A stretch of DNA of 64,000 bases from an uncultured delta proteobacterium (lineage in GTDB: Bacteria; Desulfobacterota; Desulfobacteria; Desulfobacterales; SG8-13): the NCBI GenBank assembly GCA_963848135.1, contig CAWKCK010000002.1, positions 372,001 through 436,000 of the forward strand. The letters are read 5' to 3'. The stretch's first letter is position 1. Each line of letters starts with the position of its first letter. The position numbers and the translations under genes were made by a program. Shown here piece by piece: positions 10,350 through 21,434 of the stretch. The notes under the pieces were generated by a model, which saw only the letters and a program-made list of their open reading frames with translations, did no database searches and was not told the DNA's origin.

Positions 10350-10568
10350 TTAAACGGGCTCATCGCTGGGATGAAAATATCTGTCCTGACACTCTTGGCA
10401 GATGGCCGATATTCTGTATTCGAACGCCGATGCCGCATCCCGAAACCAACAGGCGCTTCCCCCGCACAGTTTACACGTTTTGGTTGCCCGGGCCCGACAA
10501 TTCCGAAGTCTGACCTCCGGCTCGGACAGGGCTTTGATCAATTCATCCAAAGTTGCCATAGTTTCCAT
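10350..10568 (-). CDS. Small 2x CxxC (zinc-finger-like) hypothetical protein
   Basis: CKLC...CQEC motifs; AAGGGGGG RBS before ATG 10568. Confidence 0.6.
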   Translation of the reverse strand: METMATLDELIKALSEPEVRLRNCRARATKTCKLCGGSACWFRDAASAFEYRISAICQECQDRYFHPSDEPV

Positions 10569-10714
10569 GTCACCCCCCTTCTCGATTGCCATTTCATCCT
10601 CTTCACCTAAAAGATCATCCGACAACGGCAATCAAGCACTTACTTATCCAACTTATCCTTCATGACTGGCAAATACTGATCAGTATGCGGTTTCTTTCCT
10701 CTATATACGCTGTA

Positions 10715-10730
10715 AGCAGGTTTGATGCCA
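10715..10730 (-). promoter_or_regulatory. Putative sigma-54 promoter for the small CxxC gene
   Basis: Minus strand TGGCATCAAACCTGCT, GG-N10-GC spacing; divergent from a sigma-54 activator gene. Confidence 0.55.
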
Positions 10731-10987
10731 AAATACATCCACCTATAATAGAACTGGCAATTTTCCTAATATACTGTTTTTGTTAGCATTTAAAACTTTC
10801 CCATATCCCTGGTCATCCCTTGCTATGCAAAGTTTATTTACAACTGTATATTTTGTTGGCAGATTTAAAGACTATATGATTACTTGGTAGACGGTATGAT
10901 ACGTTCATTGAGGCCGTTGTTAACAAGCCACCCGCAACCGCGTGTCACCTTTCGAAGTCGAGGTGAATGTAAAAGAGGTAACTGACA

Positions 10988-12547
10988 ATGGAACCGACCC
11001 TTCAAGACGTCCGCCTTACCAATGAAGATTTAACCCTGCTTTATGACCTCTCGACATCAATCCACGCCATCGACGATCTGGATAAAATGCTGCGAAACAT
11101 CCTGAAACAAATGAGATCGGTGCTGGATATCGAGGGCGCATCCATTGCGCTGCATGATGCCGAAAGAAAAGAATTCTATTTTATTCGCACAGCCGAAGAA
11201 CAACGTGGCGGTGCGGATGAAAAAATGGCCAAAATGAGGTTTTCGGACGACTATGGAGTGGCCGGCTGGGTCTTTCAAAACAAACAACCGGTCACCATTT
11301 CTGATGTCTCAAAAGACGACAGGTTCTCTGCCAATCTCGATATCCAAAAGGATTTTATCACCCGATCCATGATCTGTGTTCCCCTAAAATCGCGCAACGA
11401 TATTATTGGCGTCTTGTATGCATTGAACAAACACAGCGGGCATTTTACTCCAAAAGATTCGATGCTGATGGAGATTTTATCCGGCACCATCGCCATTGCC
11501 GTCGAAAACGCAAAACTCTATGGCAATATCAAGGCCCATGCCGACAATTTGGAAAAAGAAAACTCAAGGTTGATGTCGGAGGTGCACGACCGTTTTAATC
11601 TTCAAGGGATCATTGGATCGAGTCCGGCCATGAAAAAAGTCTTCGGGCTGCTGGACAAAGTCGTTGGCACAATGACCACGGTGTACATACAGGGGGAAAC
11701 CGGCACGGGGAAAGAACTGTTTGCCAAAGCCATCCATTACAACAGCTCTCTGAAGAATAAGCCCTTTGTCGCTGAAAACTGCGGGGCTCTGTCGGAAAAT
11801 TTACTCGAAAGCGAGCTTTTCGGACACGTAAAAGGCGCATTCACGGGTGCCGTGGTTGACAAGAAGGGTCTTTTCGAAATGGCGGAAGGCGGCACGGTTT
11901 TTCTGGACGAAATCGCGGACATGCCGCATACCATGCAGACCAAGCTTTTACGGGTCATACAGGAGGGGCAAATCAGGCCTGTGGGCGGCACTCGATATCA
12001 TCGGGTCAATGTCAGAGTCATTGCTTCTTCTAATCGCGATCTTCTGACTGAAGTCAAAAAGGGGCATTTCAGAGACGACCTATACTATCGCCTACATGTA
12101 TTCCCCATTGTTTTACCGCCTCTCAAGGACAGAATGGAGGACATTCCGGTTCTTGTCGATCACTTCATCAATAAATTGGCAATAAGATATAACCGACCCA
12201 CGGTACGGTTGGCGCCTCCGGCTCTGGAGTTGTTGATGCAATTCGAATGGCCGGGCAACATCAGGGAACTGGAAAATGAAATCGAGAGAGCCATGACACT
12301 GGCCGGCGACGGCGGGCAAATCACTGTCGATTTTCTGTCTGAAAAGATCGCCGGGCCCAGGGTCCCAGAATCTGAAACCGCTCCTGATAAAGTGACATTG
12401 CAGGAGGCCATCGAACGGATGGAGCGTCACATGGTGTCCCAGGCCTTGCAGGCATCAAATGGAAACCGATCGCAGGCAGCGCGCCTCCTGGGACTCACCC
12501 GGCAGGGGCTATTAAACAAAATCAATCGATACCAAATCAGCGGGTGA
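10988..12547 (+). CDS. GAF-domain sigma-54-dependent Fis-family transcriptional activator
   Basis: N-terminal GAF, GETGTGKE Walker A, ESELFGHVKGAFTGA, FLDEI, WPGNIRELEN, C-terminal HTH. Confidence 0.95.
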   Translation: MEPTLQDVRLTNEDLTLLYDLSTSIHAIDDLDKMLRNILKQMRSVLDIEGASIALHDAERKEFYFIRTAEEQRGGADEKMAKMRFSDDYGVAGWVFQNKQPVTISDVSKDDRFSANLDIQKDFITRSMICVPLKSRNDIIGVLYALNKHSGHFTPKDSMLMEILSGTIAIAVENAKLYGNIKAHADNLEKENSRLMSEVHDRFNLQGIIGSSPAMKKVFGLLDKVVGTMTTVYIQGETGTGKELFAKAIHYNSSLKNKPFVAENCGALSENLLESELFGHVKGAFTGAVVDKKGLFEMAEGGTVFLDEIADMPHTMQTKLLRVIQEGQIRPVGGTRYHRVNVRVIASSNRDLLTEVKKGHFRDDLYYRLHVFPIVLPPLKDRMEDIPVLVDHFINKLAIRYNRPTVRLAPPALELLMQFEWPGNIRELENEIERAMTLAGDGGQITVDFLSEKIAGPRVPESETAPDKVTLQEAIERMERHMVSQALQASNGNRSQAARLLGLTRQGLLNKINRYQISG

Positions 12548-12925
12548 CAACACAGCGCATAACTTTCAAATTGCTCCCCTCAACACACAATCGCAATATA
12601 ATCCGTTTTTAAAACGCAATTTGGCCTTGATACCCTTTTTGCTTTACATCATATTTGGAATTCTATACTGACTCCGTAAGACGCAAGGATTCGCCGGGAC
12701 GTGGCAGAAGCTCCCTGATTGAACGCTTGACCCTCCTATCGTTCCCCTTGCGTCTTTTCCTCTTACAGAGTGAAAGAATATACCTCTCCCCCCACGTGTA
12801 CCCTTGAGTACATTATTAGTTTGGAATTTTTTCACACACAAGCTCTCATGCAGAAACCTGGGCATCGGTGTGGAATGAAAACGGATACTTTTTTTTGGAT
12901 TGATACCATCTGTTTCAGAAACGGC

Positions 12926-13990
12926 CTATTTCGATCCCTGCGATTCCCGCTCCAATTCGGTATGGAGCCGCCAGGACTTAGTTTCGAAATCGAACCCTAG
13001 TCGGCTGATTAACGCCGCACAGATTTCGACCACAGACGCGTCATACAACACCCCTTTATGTGTTTGTATCTCAGAGATCGCGGCTTCAATCCCTAATTGG
13101 GGTCGGTATGGACGAAAGGAAGCTATGGACTCCACAACGTCTGCCACCGCCAATATTCGTGCTTCCAATAAAATTTGGTCTCCTTTCAGATGACGAGGGT
13201 AGCCGCTGCCGTCGAGTCGCTCGTGGTGCTGGTAGATGGTTTCGGCTAACGGCCAGGGGAACTGAATATCCTTGAGGATTTCATAGGCGGTGCGCGGGTG
13301 CATCTGGATGATGGCCAACTCGTGCTCTGAAATCGGTCCGGGTTTATTTAATATGGCAGATGGAATATTGATCTTGCCCAAATCATGAATGGCAGCAGCC
13401 ATGCGTAATCCCTGAATGCGTTCCCAGGAAAAGCCCAAACGCGTGGCGATAGCACGGCACAATTTAGTCACCCGTCTTTGGTGACCGGCGGTATAAGGAT
13501 CGCGTTTCTCAATAGTGGTGGACATCGCCTGAATGATGGCCCCCATGTTTTTGCGCAGTCGATCATGGCTGCGATACAATGCCTGCTTCACTCGTCGGAA
13601 AGCGCTGGCGTCCGTGAAGCGTTCTACGAATCCCCCGATGGCACCGCTTGCATCCGGATAAGCCGTTAGGGTTACGATCCATGGTGCATGTTTACCGTTT
13701 TTGCAGTGGGGTTTATGGTCAAAAACCAGTTGCTCGCCCAAGGACGGCAGCGTTGTCAAAGGACAGTAGCTGGTCGAACAAAGTTCGCTTGAAAATACGT
13801 CATGGCACTTTTTTCCGATCATACTCAGTGCGTCAAAGCCCGACAGCGCGGTAAAAGCACGATTGACAAATAAAATGTTAAAATGTTGATCGGTTACAAT
13901 CAGGCCGTCGGAGACAGCATCTAAAATTCGCTGCCAATCCTGAGGACCCAACTGGGTTTGGGCAGGTTGTGAATTTGAAGTGGTCATCAT
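12926..13990 (-). CDS. PAS + HD-GYP cyclic dinucleotide phosphodiesterase
   Basis: RDPYTAGHQRRV, HDLGK, HHERLDGSGYP, ARILAVADV; N-terminal PAS. Confidence 0.93.
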   Translation of the reverse strand: MMTTSNSQPAQTQLGPQDWQRILDAVSDGLIVTDQHFNILFVNRAFTALSGFDALSMIGKKCHDVFSSELCSTSYCPLTTLPSLGEQLVFDHKPHCKNGKHAPWIVTLTAYPDASGAIGGFVERFTDASAFRRVKQALYRSHDRLRKNMGAIIQAMSTTIEKRDPYTAGHQRRVTKLCRAIATRLGFSWERIQGLRMAAAIHDLGKINIPSAILNKPGPISEHELAIIQMHPRTAYEILKDIQFPWPLAETIYQHHERLDGSGYPRHLKGDQILLEARILAVADVVESIASFRPYRPQLGIEAAISEIQTHKGVLYDASVVEICAALISRLGFDFETKSWRLHTELERESQGSK

Positions 13991-14064
13991 TTGACAATAT
14001 CACCGCGTCGAAAATAGTTGATTTGGATGAGTTGAAATTACTCACTTAAAAATCAGCAAACACT

Positions 14065-14808
14065 TTACGATTTCGCGGGAACATTTGCTTCATAAATCTT
14101 ATCGGCTGGTAAATTACCTGTCGATGCCATTGAATTGGCCAAAACATCACATCGTTCATTTTCAGGATTTCCTGCATGACCTTTAACCCAATTGAACTTA
14201 ACTTGATGTTTTTCACAAAGCTGCAGGAGCTGTTCCCAAAGGTCTGGGTTTACCGCTTCTTTTTTGTCGGCTTTCTTCCAACCATTTGCACGCCACTTGG
14301 CCGCCCAGCCTTTTGAAATACCGTTTACGACGTATTGGGAATCGCTATATAAACTGATTTTTGACGGAGTTTCCAGCGAATTTAGTGCTACAATGCAAGC
14401 CATCAGCTCCATTCGGTTGTTGGTCGTTAATCGATACCCGCCAGACAGCTCCTTTTTTTGTTTCCCGTTTATAATGACTGCACCGTACCCTCCAGGGCCT
14501 GGGTTGCTAATACATCCACCGTCTGTGTAAATCACAGTATGACCGTTCATTACATGGTTAATATGTTGTGTTCGCTTGCATGATTTCTTGGGCTTTGACC
14601 GAGCTGATTTGGTGGCATGTTTCGGTTTAGTATTCTGGTTTTGTTTAATAAATAAATTAGCCTCTTCCATAGTGGGAAAACCCTTAAAAACAGCTCCTTC
14701 AAATCCCTTAACTTGAACTTCTGCTCCCTCTACGCCAAACCATTCATTATAAATGCCCGGTTTTTTGCCCTTTGCAACCGCGTAATATTTTTTCTTTTTC
14801 ATAGTCAT
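14065..14808 (-). CDS. rnhA: Ribonuclease HI with N-terminal hybrid-binding (Cauli_VI-like) domain
   Basis: KYYAVAKGKKPGIY...FKGF N-domain; YTDGGCISNPGPGG, TNNRMEL, DSQY, WVKGHAGNPENERCD. Confidence 0.92.
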   Translation of the reverse strand: MTMKKKKYYAVAKGKKPGIYNEWFGVEGAEVQVKGFEGAVFKGFPTMEEANLFIKQNQNTKPKHATKSARSKPKKSCKRTQHINHVMNGHTVIYTDGGCISNPGPGGYGAVIINGKQKKELSGGYRLTTNNRMELMACIVALNSLETPSKISLYSDSQYVVNGISKGWAAKWRANGWKKADKKEAVNPDLWEQLLQLCEKHQVKFNWVKGHAGNPENERCDVLANSMASTGNLPADKIYEANVPAKS

Positions 14809-14858
14809 CCCTTCTCCAACTATATCCAAGCCGAGCGCAGCGAATTTTTACCTATATC

Positions 14859-14975
14859 CTAACCGTTCAACACCTTTGCCATCACCTCTGCCGCATCCTT
14901 CAAAGCACCGGGGAAAAGATGAGAATACCTTTGAGTTATGTGTATCGATTTGTGACCGAGAAGTTTACCGGGAAA
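14859..14975 (-). pseudogene. Tyrosine recombinase/integrase C-terminal remnant
   Basis: KLLGHKSIHITQRYSHL carries the box-II His and catalytic Tyr. The rest of the integrase is absent. It lies just 3' of tRNA-Arg. Confidence 0.7.
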
Positions 14976-15191
14976 GTTTACGCGGACCTTGTAGGTCGTG
15001 AGAGGCTGGCTGCACTTGTGACATGTTCTTTTAGCAAGACAATAGGAGGTCTTGCTGAACTTGCAAATCAAGTTAATTGACATGGTTTACCTCCGTCGCA
15101 GAGTTCACTATAGGACGTCCAAAGTGTATATCTTAGGACTCTGAAGGTAAACTTTTGGATTAACTTTCGTCCATTAACCCATTGATTTTAA

Positions 15192-15269
15192 TGGTGCGCC
15201 CGGCAGGATTTGAACCTGCGACCTACGGATTCGTAGTCCGGCGCTCTATCCGGGCTGAGCTACGGGCGC
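15192..15269 (-). tRNA. tRNA-Arg(ACG)
   Basis: GCGCCCGTAGCTCAG...CCGGA-CTACGAA-TCCGT...GGTTCAAATCC...GGGCGCACCA cloverleaf with CCA. Confidence 0.95.
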
Positions 15270-15409
15270 GCATCAACTGAATTTGGATTGATACGCAAAT
15301 ACTTCCGCGATGTCAATGAAAATATTCCCCGATCCTGTGGCAATGGATTAGTGATTGTGGCCGCCGAAGAACGAAGATGTCACACATATCCGGAGGGGCA
15401 ATTGTGCCT

Positions 15410-15730
15410 TCATCCCCACTTCATCCACATGCAATCACTCCAGTCCAGCAACATGTGAACAAGCAGCCCAATGGCAACCAACCGCAGTTTCGGAATAAAC
15501 ACTGTGGCGGCATATACACCGATGGCCGCTGCACTGTGAAGCGGATGAAATCCCAAACTGCAGCGATCGGGATCGTAAACCGGCAGGGCCAGTATGTGGT
15601 CTAAGTCCACCACCAGAGTGATCGTCATTACCAGCCAGGCGATTTGCCAATGTCTTGGGAAGGCAATGCGTGCAATTGCACCGGGGATCAAAATATGAAG
15701 TAGTATATGAATAATCGGTCGTAAAGTCAT
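15410..15730 (-). CDS. DUF6122-like small membrane protein
   Basis: VDLDHILALPVYDPDRCSLGFHPLH...HMLLD pattern. Confidence 0.7.
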   Translation of the reverse strand: MTLRPIIHILLHILIPGAIARIAFPRHWQIAWLVMTITLVVDLDHILALPVYDPDRCSLGFHPLHSAAAIGVYAATVFIPKLRLVAIGLLVHMLLDWSDCMWMKWG

Positions 15731-15783
15731 TGATACGGTAAAAATGGTTGCTCGCTGTTTGAGATTACCGTAAGAAGAATAGC

Positions 15784-16257
15784 ATGTCGATTAATTACGA
15801 TAGCCTTATGTTGGTGGCCATAAATGAAGCCGAAAAAGCTCGAGAACTCAACGAAGTCCCAATCGGAGCGGTTATTTTAAGCAGCGATGGGACCATATTG
15901 GCAAAAGCATACAATCAGGTGATTACCCAAGCCGATCCAACGGCCCACGCCGAAATAATGACGCTGCGGGAAGCCTGCCGCGAGGCGGGCAATTACCGGT
16001 TGCCCGGTACGACGCTATATGTTACCGTCGAGCCGTGTCCGATGTGCATGGGCGCCATCGTCCATGCCCGGGTTGAGCGCCTTGTCTTCGGTGCGCATGA
16101 CCTGAAATGGGGAGCCGCCGGTTCGCTATACAACCTGGCTGCAGACACCCGGCTCAATCATCACGTGGTCGTCGTTTCCGGTATTCTTGAAAGACCCTGC
16201 AGGCAACTGATGCAGGATTTTTTTCGATCAAAACGTAACCAGCCGCCCAGTCAATGA
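15784..16257 (+). CDS. tadA: tRNA adenosine(34) deaminase
   Basis: EVPIGAV, DPTAHAE, TVEPCPMC, FFR C-terminus. Confidence 0.93.
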   Translation: MSINYDSLMLVAINEAEKARELNEVPIGAVILSSDGTILAKAYNQVITQADPTAHAEIMTLREACREAGNYRLPGTTLYVTVEPCPMCMGAIVHARVERLVFGAHDLKWGAAGSLYNLAADTRLNHHVVVVSGILERPCRQLMQDFFRSKRNQPPSQ

Positions 16258-16283
16258 TACGCGAGGTCCACAGGAGGTAATAG

Positions 16284-17633
<1,350 letters not shown>

Positions 17634-17683
17634 TATTGGGATTGACAAGCAAGTAAAAGTGCTTTAAATAATTGGCCCTTAGT

Positions 17684-17760
17684 CGGGAAGTGGCTCAGTC
17701 TGGTAGAGCACAGCGTTCGGGACGCTGGGGTCGGAGGTTCAAATCCTCTCTTCCCGACCA
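17684..17760 (+). tRNA. tRNA-Pro(CGG)
   Basis: CGGGAAGTGGCTCAG...CAGCG-TTCGGGA-CGCTG...GGTTCAAATCC...TTCCCGACCA; upstream TTGACA at 17642. Confidence 0.96.
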
Positions 17761-17777
17761 AATAATAACAAATACTT

Positions 17778-17812
17778 AGGCCGGATTCAAAAGGAGTCCG
17801 GCCTTTTGATTT
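17778..17812 (+). terminator. Intrinsic terminator after tRNA-Pro
   Basis: AGGCCGGATTC-loop-GAGTCCGGCCT followed by T-run. Confidence 0.7.
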
Positions 17813-18528
17813 TGGCATTGTATTGGCAGCCTCGCCAATGCGCGTGAAGGAGCGCACCGCCCTGCTACTAATAGTAACGATCGCGATTCACCCTCGCGAA
17901 GTTAACCGTATTATATTACCTGAGCATCTATTACCGACAAGAGGGCTCCATCGAAAAACTTCAGAGGATTACCGCGACCCACTCCATATAGAGAGGCTAT
18001 TTATTCGTCGCTGCTTACCAAGCAAAAGTTTCACCTCGCCCGCAGACAACATGCCATTCCCTCTAAATTTGGCCTTGCCAGATTCCGTGGTCCAAATGGG
18101 TAGGTTTCTCTGAAAAACGACGGTAAAGATAGGCAAATCACGATTGGGCACAAATCTGCAAATTAGAAAAACTGCATATTATATCTTGTAATCTCTATGA
18201 AATACTATATCCGTAGATTACATCAGCAGGCACGCTATACGAATAATCAGACCCTTCTTCAAACTGTTTGATTACTGTATGTAGTCCGCAGATTTTATGC
18301 GGGAGGACTGTTATTTAAAAGCCAGGACTGTTTGCGGATGAAGCTGGCTGGCGAGATCTCGTCCTGCATCTTGTGCACCGCCGCATAGTCTTCCGGCGAG
18401 CCGGTGCAATAAATGCGGCCACCCATCTCAATGATGGAAACGATAATGCGGCGGGCAAATGGTCAGCCAAGATAAATTTAACCCATCTTGAATTGGGGAA
18501 ATCCGTAACCAAGACCCGCCGCTACTGA

Positions 18529-19059
18529 TCAGTTGTTCACCAATTGGGCTCTGCGATTCTGGGCCCAGGAAGACTCATTTTTCCCGCTATCGATCGGTCG
18601 CTCTTCACCGTAGCTAATTGTGTCCAGTCGCTCGGCGCTGATGCCCAGATTGACGAGATAGCCTTTGACCGATTCGGCGCGACGTTCACCCAACGCCATG
18701 TTGTAGGCCTCCGTGCCACGCTCATCGCAATGCCCTTCAACGGTTACCTTTGCACCTTGATTAAAGAGCAGATATTGAGCCGTGCTGTCTAAAGTCTTTT
18801 GGGCCCGGCCCGACAATATGGCGCTGTTGAATGCAAAATGGATGTTTTCGTCGACGAATTCTGTTCCGGCGGCGTCAGGGGACTCTTTTTGAGTCATCGC
18901 TTGATCGCCCACCGCGCCTTCCTCTATGGTGCTGTCCGATGCCATTGGTTCTTCCGGTTGGGTCGCCTTCGCCACATTTTTATGACTACACGATGTCGTG
19001 AAAGACGCGAATGCGATCAACATGACCAATCCAATAACCAAAAAAATGTTTTTTCTCAT
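18529..19059 (-). CDS. Pal-like peptidoglycan-associated OmpA-family lipoprotein
   Basis: Lipobox TTSC; EGHCDERGTEAYNMALGERRA...ISYGEERP...NRRA. Confidence 0.9.
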   Translation of the reverse strand: MRKNIFLVIGLVMLIAFASFTTSCSHKNVAKATQPEEPMASDSTIEEGAVGDQAMTQKESPDAAGTEFVDENIHFAFNSAILSGRAQKTLDSTAQYLLFNQGAKVTVEGHCDERGTEAYNMALGERRAESVKGYLVNLGISAERLDTISYGEERPIDSGKNESSWAQNRRAQLVNN

Positions 19060-19124
19060 TTTTTCCTCCTTTGATTTGACGCTGACAAATCGGCCAACGG
19101 TGCGTTGGCATTGTCCTCTATCCC

Positions 19125-19838
19125 CTAAGAAGCATTGTCCAATGCGGGTTTGAAATTAGAAGCCTGCGGGTCTTCCTCCCCAACCTCCGTTTTCGTCTCA
19201 AGGTGACGCCGATTGAAATTGGAGATGCTGTTCAGCGCCTTGACCGATGCCATCTCCAGGCTATCAACGATATGCCCCGTGGTCGATGTCAGCTTGGCAT
19301 GCAGAAGTAACAGCGGAATCGCAGACATCAGGCCAAAAGCCGTGGTGTTCATGGCTACCGAGATACTGGCGGATAACAGATCGGCCTTCTCGGCCGGATT
19401 GGCATTGGCCACCGCGGTGAAGGCCTGGATCAGACCCATGATGGTGCCCAGCAGGCCCAGAAGAGTGGCGATATTCGAAAGCAGCGCCACATAGGGCGTG
19501 CGCTTTTCCAACTGGGGGATGATCTCCATCATGCTCTCTTCCATGGCGATTTCGATGTCCTCGCGTCGCCGGGCCGCACCCTGTCGCGCCAGTCCCATGC
19601 CCAGCATTCGGGCGATAGTGGATTTGTCTTTGGTGGCAATGTCCCGCACTTTGTCGAACTCGCCTTTCGCCAGCATCGGATAGAGCATGCTCCATATTTT
19701 GCTGTTCACGCTGCGAACGCGGCTCAACTGAAACCAGCGCTCCACCGCAATAGCCATTCCAGTCACAAACACGAGCAGAATAGGGTACATGAACGCCCCA
19801 CCCTTCTGGAAAAACGCCAGCATTGAATAGATTCCCAT
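19125..19838 (-). CDS. MotA/TolQ/ExbB proton channel protein (copy 2)
   Basis: GGAFMYPI, ATLLGLLGTIMGLI, SISVAMNTTAFGL. Confidence 0.92.
   Translation of the reverse strand: MGIYSMLAFFQKGGAFMYPILLVFVTGMAIAVERWFQLSRVRSVNSKIWSMLYPMLAKGEFDKVRDIATKDKSTIARMLGMGLARQGAARRREDIEIAMEESMMEIIPQLEKRTPYVALLSNIATLLGLLGTIMGLIQAFTAVANANPAEKADLLSASISVAMNTTAFGLMSAIPLLLLHAKLTSTTGHIVDSLEMASVKALNSISNFNRRHLETKTEVGEEDPQASNFKPALDNAS
19215..19572. repeat. 358-bp near-identical duplicate of 22447-22804 (3' halves of the two exbB genes)
   Basis: Manual alignment shows about 7 mismatches over 358 bp. Confidence 0.9.
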
Positions 19839-19942
19839 GGTCTTCCTCCTAAATCGGCACTGCCGGATAATGAATGTCGATCTTCGAGATGCAAAATCGA
19901 CAACCTTGATTTTCTTATCCTGTCCTGATCCTGCCTACGTCT

Positions 19943-21424
19943 CTAAACGGCAGGCAGGAAGTCGATCGGGTACAGGATGGTGATCTTCGGCACATCGTCT
20001 TTGGGGCCAAAGTTGAACTTTTTGATGCGTTCAACAATCAGCGCCACAAGTTCGGGTGACGCCAGATCGGTCGACTCTACCGCGCACAGGGATACAGAAC
20101 CATTGGTTTCGATACTGATCCGCAGCAACATCTTGCCGCGCAGCGTCGGATCCTTGCGCAATTCCCGGTTGTAGATGCGATAAAGCGTCGCCTTGTAGCG
20201 ATCGAAGATGATTTGAATTTCCTCATCGGTTCGACCGGGAGCCAACCCGTCGCTCAAGGGTCTTGACGCTTCCGTCAGTTCCGCAAGGGAACTTTCGACC
20301 CGACCAAAGCCGGCACCATTGCCACTGCCACCGCCTCTGCCGATACCCCCGCCACCAAGGCGATTGGCGTTGCCGCTGCCTACATTGCGGCTGACCCCGG
20401 CATTGCCAATACCGCCGCTGGATCCACCTTTCGCCTGCATGGCGACCAACGAGCGTTGCGCCACGGCCTGACCTGCCACCCGGGGTGTCTCTTTGCTCAG
20501 ACGGGCCTCGGTTCCGAGTTTGGCAATCGGCGTCTCATCCATGAGATCAGCAAAGGCTTTCTTGAATGCCAAAACACCAACCCGTTCAGCTTTTTTCCGT
20601 GCGGCGGCTTTGGCACCCCCACCAGCGGCCACCTGTACAGGCTTCGGCACAGGCGCCACTTTTGGAGTTTTATCCGGTTTGGGTTTTTCGGGCTGGGGTT
20701 TGGCATTCTCTTCCCGTGGTTTTTCGGGTTCTTCCTGGATCTTTTTCGGTTCCGGCTTAGGTTGCGGCACCGGCTTGGGAAGTTCCTTCTTGACCAGCTT
20801 GGCCAATCTTTCCGGAATCTCAACCACGGCGTCAGAACGTTCCAATATCGGCACCTTTACGAGGGGAATGAGAGAACCAAAGACAAAACAGAAAAGCATC
20901 GCCACGAGAACCGCGCGGCGGAAATACCTTTCGCTTTCGGCATCCTTGGTCCATGGCATGATCATTGCTCTGTAAGGAACAGCCGATATATCTCGCTCTA
21001 TGACGAATTCTTCCTTGCGCCGTTCTTCACGCTCGTGCGCATCACGGACCTCTTCATACAGGTAATCCAGTTCCGCGCATCGTTTGTCTACTTCGGCCTG
21101 AAGAAATGTCTGTTTTTCAGTAATCCCGCTGATCTTCTCCTCGAAACGGGCCACACGACTGCGCGCCCGATCCAGGTGTCCGGCGGCATCCTCGATTCCC
21201 GGGATTCCTTTCCAAAAAAGTTGCCCCGCTTTCAACTCATTCAGCTTGTCGAGGGCATTGCAGACATCCTGCAAGGCATCGAATCGCTGTCTGGCGGCGG
21301 AGAACTTTTCGAGCTCTGCCTCTACAACACGCAAGTCTTCTTCGAGCGCTTCACGTTTTTTACTTATTTGCTCGATCTGCGCATTCAGTGGCGCCAATTC
21401 CTGTTCCAATAAGAATGTATTCAC
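19943..21424 (-). CDS. TonB/TolA-like energy transducer with AgmX/PglI-type C-terminal domain (GltG-like) and N-terminal coiled coil
   Basis: Coiled-coil N-terminus, one TM helix, PKPEPK Pro/Lys linker, Gly-rich tract, C-terminal YNRELRKDPTLRGK...FGP...YPIDFLP. Confidence 0.8.
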   Translation of the reverse strand: MNTFLLEQELAPLNAQIEQISKKREALEEDLRVVEAELEKFSAARQRFDALQDVCNALDKLNELKAGQLFWKGIPGIEDAAGHLDRARSRVARFEEKISGITEKQTFLQAEVDKRCAELDYLYEEVRDAHEREERRKEEFVIERDISAVPYRAMIMPWTKDAESERYFRRAVLVAMLFCFVFGSLIPLVKVPILERSDAVVEIPERLAKLVKKELPKPVPQPKPEPKKIQEEPEKPREENAKPQPEKPKPDKTPKVAPVPKPVQVAAGGGAKAAARKKAERVGVLAFKKAFADLMDETPIAKLGTEARLSKETPRVAGQAVAQRSLVAMQAKGGSSGGIGNAGVSRNVGSGNANRLGGGGIGRGGGSGNGAGFGRVESSLAELTEASRPLSDGLAPGRTDEEIQIIFDRYKATLYRIYNRELRKDPTLRGKMLLRISIETNGSVSLCAVESTDLASPELVALIVERIKKFNFGPKDDVPKITILYPIDFLPAV

Positions 21425-21434
21425 GGCATTCCCA

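Noticed and set aside
20456..21412. 318-aa plus-strand ORF
   Set aside because: It is the antisense shadow of the TonB/AgmX-like gene, with no motif of its own.
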